DNA of 64,000 nucleotides from an uncultured beta proteobacterium (GTDB taxonomy: Bacteria > Pseudomonadota > Gammaproteobacteria > Burkholderiales > SG8-39), in contig CAWENY010000013.1 of assembly GCA_963810475.1 (NCBI GenBank), forward strand, positions 76,816 through 140,815, read 5' to 3'. The position numbers and the translations under genes are program-made. Each line of letters begins with the position of its first letter. Position 1 is the first letter of the stretch. Positions 58,700 to 64,000 of the stretch are shown in pieces. A model generated the notes under the pieces. The model was not told where the DNA came from, ran no database searches, and saw nothing but the letters and a program-made list of their open reading frames with translations.

Positions 58700-60214
58700 G
58701 TGCGCTACGTCCTCGCTCTCGACCAGGGAACCACCAGCTCGCGCGCGATCCTCTTCGACGAGAACGGCAGGCTGGTGGAAACCGCGCAGCGCGAGTTCCG
58801 CCAGATCTTTCCGCAGCCGGGCTGGGTCGAGCACGACGCCAAGGAGATCTACGAAACGCAACGCGACACGGCGCGCGAGGTGCTGCGCAAGACCGAGGTG
58901 GCGCTGAAGGACGTGATGGGCATCGGCATCACCAATCAGCGCGAGACCACCATCATCTGGGACCGGCAGACCGGCGAGCCGATCCACAACGCCATTGTCT
59001 GGCAGGACCGGCGCACCGCCGCGCAGTGCGCCGAGCTGAAGAAGATGGGCGCGGAAAGCCTGGTGCGCGAACGCACCGGCTTGGTGATCGATCCGTACTT
59101 CAGCGGTACCAAGATCGCCTGGCTGCTCGACAACGTGCGCGGCGCGCGCGGCCGCGCCGAGCGCGGCGAGCTCGCCTTCGGCACGGTGGACACCTGGCTC
59201 ACGTGGCACCTCACCGGCAACCGCACGCACGTCACCGACGTCTCGAATGCGTCGCGCACCCTGCTCTTCAACATTCACACCAACGACTGGGACCACGAGC
59301 TGTTGCAGCTGCTCGACGTGCCGCGCGCAATGCTGCCCGACGTCCATCCCTCGGCGCACGCGTTCGGCATGGTGCCCGCGGGGATGTTCGGCGAGCCGCT
59401 GGTGATCGGCGGCATCGCCGGCGACCAGCAGGCGGCGATGTTCGGCCAGGTTTGCCACCGCGCGGGCATGGCGAAGAACACCTACGGCACCGGCTGCTTC
59501 ATGCTGCTTCACACCGGCGACAAGGTGGTGGAATCGAAAAGCGGCCTGATTTCCACTTCGTGCGCACAAACGCGCGGCAAGGAATTCGCGCTCGAGGGCA
59601 GCGTATTCGTCGGCGGCGCGGTGGTGCAGTGGCTACGGGATGGGTTGGAATTTTTTAGCAGTTCAAAAGAGATAGAGCGCTTGGCGGCGAGCGTGCTCGA
59701 CACCGGTGACGTCTATCTAGTCCCGGCCTTCACCGGCCTGGGCGCGCCCTACTGGGACCCCAACGCTCGCGGCGCGATGGTCGGCCTCACACGGGGAACC
59801 ACAAGAGCGCACATCGCACGCGCCGCGCTCGAATCGATCGCCTTCCAGAGCGCCGAGCTGCTCGAGGCGATGCAGAAGGACTCGGGGCAAAGCCTGATGG
59901 AGCTGCGCGTGGACGGCGGCGCCGCCGCCAACGATCTCCTGATGCAGTTCCAGGCCGACCTGCTCGGCGTGCCGGTGGTGCGGCCGAAAGTGCTGGAGAC
60001 CACCGCGCTCGGCGCCGCCTACCTCGCCGGCCTCACCGTCGATCTATGGAAGTCGCGCGACGAGCTCGCCACGCACTGGAAGGCCGACCGGCGCTTCGAG
60101 CCGCAGATGAATGCTTCCGATAGACAGCAAAGAATGTCCCGCTGGCGCGAAGCCGTCGGGCGCTCGCGAAACTGGGCCCCCGCCTTCGCGGGGGCGACGT
60201 CTTCAGACGCCTAG
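58700..60214 (+). CDS. glpK: glycerol kinase
   Basis: (V)[32 protein letters not shown]..; 504 aa, collinear with GlpK. GTG start. Confidence 0.95.
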   Translation: MRYVLALDQGTTSSRAILFDENGRLVETAQREFRQIFPQPGWVEHDAKEIYETQRDTAREVLRKTEVALKDVMGIGITNQRETTIIWDRQTGEPIHNAIVWQDRRTAAQCAELKKMGAESLVRERTGLVIDPYFSGTKIAWLLDNVRGARGRAERGELAFGTVDTWLTWHLTGNRTHVTDVSNASRTLLFNIHTNDWDHELLQLLDVPRAMLPDVHPSAHAFGMVPAGMFGEPLVIGGIAGDQQAAMFGQVCHRAGMAKNTYGTGCFMLLHTGDKVVESKSGLISTSCAQTRGKEFALEGSVFVGGAVVQWLRDGLEFFSSSKEIERLAASVLDTGDVYLVPAFTGLGAPYWDPNARGAMVGLTRGTTRAHIARAALESIAFQSAELLEAMQKDSGQSLMELRVDGGAAANDLLMQFQADLLGVPVVRPKVLETTALGAAYLAGLTVDLWKSRDELATHWKADRRFEPQMNASDRQQRMSRWREAVGRSRNWAPAFAGATSSDA

Positions 60215-60471
60215 CGGCGCGGCGGGTGCAGCAGCCAGTCCGGCGATGGCCGGCGCTTCGGCTTCAGCTCGCTCTCCTTGGGATCGGGCTCGCGTTTCGC
60301 TGCCTTGTTCGCCGCGGAGCCGACCGCCACGGGATCGCTCGCCGGAAAGCTTTCCTCGCCGGCGTGATCGACGACATCGTCGGTCGACGGCTTCGGCGGG
60401 AGCTTCGTATCGTTGACCGCGTCGCTCGCGTTGGTGGTCGAGCCGACCGGTTTCTTCGCTTTGTCTCGCAT
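60211..60471 (-). CDS. small hypothetical protein with ESFPASDP motif
   Basis: 86 aa, Lys/Pro/Asp-rich. The motif EESFPASDP recurs in small proteobacterial proteins of unknown function. Confidence 0.5.
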   Translation of the reverse strand: MRDKAKKPVGSTTNASDAVNDTKLPPKPSTDDVVDHAGEESFPASDPVAVGSAANKAAKREPDPKESELKPKRRPSPDWLLHPPRR

Positions 60472-60511
60472 GCCAGGCCTGCGAGCAGCTTTCGTGCCGC
60501 GCGCTTTCCTG

Positions 60512-60610
60512 CTATTCGGCTTTCACCCCTGCCGCCCTGACTACGCGCTGCCAGCGCGCATGGTCCTCTCGCATCAGGCGCGCGAAGTCCTCGCTGCTCG
60601 TGACGTGCTG
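60512..60610 (-). pseudogene. C-terminal remnant of a Bug/TctC-family binding-protein gene
   Basis: ..TSSEDFARLMREDHARWQRVVRAAGVKAE* parallels the C-terminus of the intact Bug gene (..TPQEFAAIIRADIAKWRRVVDAANIKVD*). Nothing family-like lies upstream of it. Confidence 0.5.
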
Positions 60611-60717
60611 GTCCAGTGCTCGCCGAGCTCGGGAAGCGGTCCTGGTATCAGGGCGGCTTATCGGCGGATCAGAACATCGCTTTTTTGCCGCGCAGGCGGC
60701 GCCTCTAGAATGGCTTC

Positions 60718-61872
60718 GTGCCCCTGGTCCCACCCCATGGAGGAGCTGGCCTGAAGCCGCTCGCGCTGAGCGGCGAGGCACTGGCTGCCGCAACCGCGCG
60801 CGCGAGGACGCTGCCGGCGCTGCGCATCAGCTCGCGGGAAAAGGGCGATCTCGTGATGCTCGGCATCGGCGGCTTCACGCCGCTCGACGGCTTCATGACG
60901 CGCGCCGATTGGGAAGGCGTATGCAAGGACTTCCGCACCGCCGCGGGTCTTTTCTGGCCGATCCCGATCACCCTGTCTTCCGAAAAAAGCTTTCCCGCCG
61001 GCATCGAGCTCGCACTCGTGGACCCTGACGGCGGCGCTCCGCTCGCCACGATGAGGGTCGCTGAGAGCTACAGAATCGACAAGAAGCGCGAGTGCGAGGC
61101 CGTGTTCCGCACCAGCGACCCGGCGCATCCCGGCGTGGCGATGGTGATGGCGCAGCCGGAATTCAACCTGGCCGGGCCGGTGAAAGTACTGTCGGACGGC
61201 GGGTTCAAGGCCAAGTACGGCCAGCTTTTCATGACGCCGGCCGAGACGCGCGCCGAGTTCGAGCGCCTGGGCTGGTCGCGGGTTGCCGCGTTCCAGACGC
61301 GCAATCCGATGCAGCGCGCGCATGAATACCTCGTCAAGACGGCGATCGAGGTGTGCGACGGCGTGCTCGTGCACTCGCTGCTCGGCGCGCTCAAGGCGGG
61401 CGACATCCCGGCCGAGGTGCGCACGCGCGCCATCGCCGCGCTGATCGAGAACTACTTCAGGCCGGGGACGCTGGTGCAGGCCGGCTATCCGCTCGACATG
61501 CGCTACGCCGGGCCGCGCGAGGCGCTGCTGCACGCGCTTTTCCGCCAGAACTACGGCTGCTCTCACCTCATCGTCGGGCGCGACCACGCCGGGGTCGGCA
61601 AGTACTACGGGCCGTTCGACGCGCACCACATCTTCGATCAGATCCCGCCCGGCTCCCTCGAGACGCGCCCGCTCAAGATGGACGTGACCTTCTGGTGCTA
61701 CCGCTGCCACGGCATGGCCTCCGGACGCACCTGCCCGCACGGCGAGAAGGACCAGCTGCAGGTGTCCGGCACGCAGCTGCGCAAGTGGCTGGAGGAAGGC
61801 GCCGACGTGCCGCCGGAATTTTCACGGCCCGAGGTGCTCGAAATCCTGCGCGCGCACTACTCCGCGAGATAA
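60718..61872 (+). CDS. sat: sulfate adenylyltransferase (homo-oligomeric Sat type)
   Basis: ..LVPPHGG.., [20 protein letters not shown]; 384 aa. GTG start at 60718. An ATG at 60710 is one base out of frame, so the true start could be masked by an indel. Confidence 0.9.
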   Translation: MPLVPPHGGAGLKPLALSGEALAAATARARTLPALRISSREKGDLVMLGIGGFTPLDGFMTRADWEGVCKDFRTAAGLFWPIPITLSSEKSFPAGIELALVDPDGGAPLATMRVAESYRIDKKRECEAVFRTSDPAHPGVAMVMAQPEFNLAGPVKVLSDGGFKAKYGQLFMTPAETRAEFERLGWSRVAAFQTRNPMQRAHEYLVKTAIEVCDGVLVHSLLGALKAGDIPAEVRTRAIAALIENYFRPGTLVQAGYPLDMRYAGPREALLHALFRQNYGCSHLIVGRDHAGVGKYYGPFDAHHIFDQIPPGSLETRPLKMDVTFWCYRCHGMASGRTCPHGEKDQLQVSGTQLRKWLEEGADVPPEFSRPEVLEILRAHYSAR

Positions 61873-61880
61873 TCCGGGCC

Positions 61881-62126
61881 GTGAATTCCAAGCCTTGGCT
61901 TCCTCTGGTGGTTTCGGGCGCTGCGTCCGCCCTGTGCTACGTGCTGCTCTTCACCTACCAGAAGGAAGTGATGGCGGCCTTTACTCGTACTGACGGCTGG
62001 TATCCGATGCTGCCGGTGGTCACCGCCTTCGTGTTCTCGCTCGCGCACGGCGCCTTCACCGGATATTTCTGGGAGGTGCTTGGCATCACCGCTCGTCAGC
62101 CGGCGAAAGAAGAGGCCCCGGAATGA
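61881..62126 (+). CDS. small (81 aa) two-helix membrane protein
   Basis: (V)NSKPWLPLVVSGAASALCYVLLFTYQ..MLPVVTAFVFSLAHGAFTGYFWEVLG. GTG start 9 nt after the sat stop. The stop overlaps the next ATG as ATGA. Confidence 0.5.
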   Translation: MNSKPWLPLVVSGAASALCYVLLFTYQKEVMAAFTRTDGWYPMLPVVTAFVFSLAHGAFTGYFWEVLGITARQPAKEEAPE

Positions 62127-63163
62127 GTCCCGAGCAGTTCATTACCCTCGAGCCGGCGGGCGTCGCTTTCCTGCTGATCGTCGGGTTCATCGGCGGGCTG
62201 GTGAGCGGCTTCATCGGCAGCGGCGGCGCGTTCGTGCTGACGCCGGGCATGATGAGCCTCGGCGTGCCGGGCGTCGTCGCCGTCGCTTCCAACCTCTGCC
62301 ACAAGTTTCCGAAGGCGCTGGTGGGTGCCTGGAAGCGGCACAAGTACGGCCAGGTCGACATCAAGCTCGGGCTTTGGATGGCGGTGACCGCATCGCTCGG
62401 CATGTGGTGGGGCGCGGGCATCCAGCAAGACATCCGCGCCGTCTACGGCGAGGCGGGCTCCAATCTTTACGTAAGCCTGGCGTTCATGATCGTGCTGACG
62501 ATCGTGGGCTTGTTCGTCGCGCGGGATGCGGCGCGCCTCGCCGGCGGCCAACTGGTCGAAGAAACCTCCCCGCTGGCGAAGTGGGTGCAGTCGGTCGAAA
62601 TCCCGGGAACGATGGTGACCTTCCGCGTGGCGAAGGTGCGCGTCTCGGTGCTGTTCGTGCTGCCGCTGGGGTTCCTGACCGGCCTGCTGGCCTCCACCAT
62701 CGCGGTGGGCGGCTTCATCGGCGTGCCGGGAATGATGTACCTGCTCGGCGCCCCGAGCCTGGTGGCGAGCGCGACCGAGCTGGTGGTCGCGTTCGTCATG
62801 GGGCTCGGCGGGACCTTCAAGTTCGCGCTCGGCGGCCTGGTCGACATCCGCCTCGCGATGCTGATCCTGCTCGGTTCGCTGTTCGGCGTGCAGCTCGGCG
62901 CGATCGGCACCACGTTCGTCCGGCCGCACGTGATCAAGGTAGTGATGGCGACCGTGATGCTGATCGTCGCCGCGAGCCGTGCGCTGGTGATCCCGGTCTA
63001 CCTCGCGCAGCTCGGCAAGATCTCGCTCGGCGCCTCGACCATCGCCCTGCTCAACCGCGCAAGCTTCGCCTTGATGGTGCTCGCGCTGGTGTCGGGCGCC
63101 TTCATCATCATCCGCGCGCTGGTGCGCGGCTACCGCACCGCAAGCCCCCGGCCGGCGCTCTAA
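62123..63163 (+). CDS. TauE/SafE (TSUP, DUF81) family anion permease
   Basis: 346 aa, polytopic, with the duplicated ..GFIGGLVSGFIGSGGAFVLTP.. / ..GGFIGVPGMMYLLG.. motif of the family. Confidence 0.8.
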   Translation: MSPEQFITLEPAGVAFLLIVGFIGGLVSGFIGSGGAFVLTPGMMSLGVPGVVAVASNLCHKFPKALVGAWKRHKYGQVDIKLGLWMAVTASLGMWWGAGIQQDIRAVYGEAGSNLYVSLAFMIVLTIVGLFVARDAARLAGGQLVEETSPLAKWVQSVEIPGTMVTFRVAKVRVSVLFVLPLGFLTGLLASTIAVGGFIGVPGMMYLLGAPSLVASATELVVAFVMGLGGTFKFALGGLVDIRLAMLILLGSLFGVQLGAIGTTFVRPHVIKVVMATVMLIVAASRALVIPVYLAQLGKISLGASTIALLNRASFALMVLALVSGAFIIIRALVRGYRTASPRPAL

Positions 63164-64000
63164 GCCGCCAGGCGCTGCGTGGTGGCGAGCTGCTCCTTCG
63201 CAAAGGCGAGGAAGCCCGCGACCAGCTTGGAGTGAAAGCGCTCCTTCGGGTACACCACCGAAAAATTGCGTAGCAGCCTCGGTTGCAGTGGCACTTGCAC
63301 CAACTGCCCGAGCTGCAGCTCCTTCTCCACGATGACGCGCGACATGATGGCGAAGCCAAGGCCGGTGGCCACCAGGCCTTTCAGCGCTTCGGGACTGCCG
63401 AGCTCGACCACCCGATCCATCGATTCGGGCGAGACGCCGGCCTTCTGCAGATAGCGGTCGATGACTTCGCGCGTGCCCGAGCCCGGCTCGCGCCCGATGT
63501 AGGGATGCTGCGCGAGCGCCGCCGGCGGCGCGAACGGCTCCTTCGCCAGCGGGTGCGACGGCGCGCACACCACCTGCAGCTCGTCCTCGCAGCACAGCTC
63601 GCTTTGCAGGGACGAGAGATGCGAGTCGCCTTCGATGAATCCCAGGTCGAGCGTGCGCTCGGCGACGCGCTCCTGCACCGCCTCCGAATTGCCGACGAAC
63701 AGCGTCGGCATCACGGCCGGGAAGCGCGCTTTGAATTTACCGATCAACTGCGGCAGCACGTACTCGCCGATGGTCATGCTTGCACCGATGAGCAGCGGCC
63801 CCGCCGCCTGGCCGCCCATCTCCTTCATGCGCGTGTCGAGCTCCGCGGACAACGCCAGGATGCGCCCGGCGTACTCGAACGCGAGCTGGCCCGCGGGCGT
63901 GAGCGAGATGCGTCCCTGCGCGCGGTCGAACAGCCGCGTGCTCAGGTGCTCCTCGAGCTGCTTGATCTGGAAGGTGACCGCCGGCTGGGTCATGAACAGC
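63160..64000 (-). CDS. LysR-family transcriptional regulator (5' end beyond the window)
   Basis: It begins mid-HTH (..TQPAVTFQIKQLEEHLSTRLFDR..) and continues into a LysR substrate-binding domain. The ORF is open to position 64000. Confidence 0.85.
   Translation of the reverse strand, partial: LFMTQPAVTFQIKQLEEHLSTRLFDRAQGRISLTPAGQLAFEYAGRILALSAELDTRMKEMGGQAAGPLLIGASMTIGEYVLPQLIGKFKARFPAVMPTLFVGNSEAVQERVAERTLDLGFIEGDSHLSSLQSELCCEDELQVVCAPSHPLAKEPFAPPAALAQHPYIGREPGSGTREVIDRYLQKAGVSPESMDRVVELGSPEALKGLVATGLGFAIMSRVIVEKELQLGQLVQVPLQPRLLRNFSVVYPKERFHSKLVAGFLAFAKEQLATTQRLAA

Noticed and set aside
60413-60754. 113-aa plus-strand ORF and other short ORFs in the 60472..60717 spacer as possible new genes.
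   Set aside because: They are Arg/Ala/Pro-rich with no motif. They overlap the Bug-gene relic on the other strand and the sat 5' region. This is most simply non-coding DNA.

Overview
GC-rich (by eye about two-thirds G+C) proteobacterial chromosomal segment. The gene content (Bug/TctC-family binding proteins, a TctABC transporter, a sigma-54-driven type IVa pilin) suggests a betaproteobacterium, but that is inference only. I recognise about 55 protein-coding genes and no rRNA, tRNA, CRISPR array, transposase, integrase or phage gene. All family names come from motif recognition by eye; no search was run.

Gene blocks:
- 0.3-14.2 kb: pilA, followed by polyprenyl-phosphate-sugar synthase-like GT2 genes and several GT-C-type membrane glycosyltransferase-like genes, flanked by TPR/GT41 (OGT-like) genes.
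- 12.2-24.0 kb: one minus-strand operon-like string. Order: PP2C phosphatase, double-FHA protein, CHASE2 class III cyclase, class II cNMP phosphodiesterase, cNMP-binding/rhodanese protein, GAF-GspE/PilB-type ATPase, GAF-HD-GYP, TPR-GT41.
- 24.1-40.1 kb: oxalate/formate/C1 island. It holds a formyltransferase-like gene, frc, oxc, a Crp/Fnr regulator, a Zn-ribbon methyltransferase, tctCBA, terC-family, fhs, usp and NAD-type formate dehydrogenase.
- 40.2-48.1 kb: aldo-keto reductase, two enolase-superfamily genes, Bug, cupin, SRPBCC, a TMTC-like TPR membrane protein, an S11 carboxypeptidase and a DUF3617 lipoprotein.
- 48.2-55.7 kb: an ACP-FAAL-acyltransferase fusion, a third TPR-GT41, PhzF-like, and a membrane spermidine-synthase-like fusion.
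- 55.8-64.0 kb: sucCD, DUF2889, glpK, sat, a TauE-like permease and a LysR regulator.

Technical issue: I infer about 28 single-base frame changes in at least 16 genes. Several long ORFs in the supplied track are therefore chimeras (1009-aa oxc+frc, 989-aa cyclase+PDE, 384-aa hypothetical+pilA).

Most interesting signals:
- The cyclic-nucleotide/phospho-Thr operon built around an orphan GAF-GspE ATPase.
- The pilin-adjacent lipid-linked glycosylation gene set.
- A four-site TTGAC-N4-GTCAA regulon signature tying oxc, fdsBA, tctCBA and sucCD to the local Crp/Fnr gene.
- A 143-bp MITE-like palindrome inserted exactly at the sucD start codon, flanked by an ATGAGC duplication.
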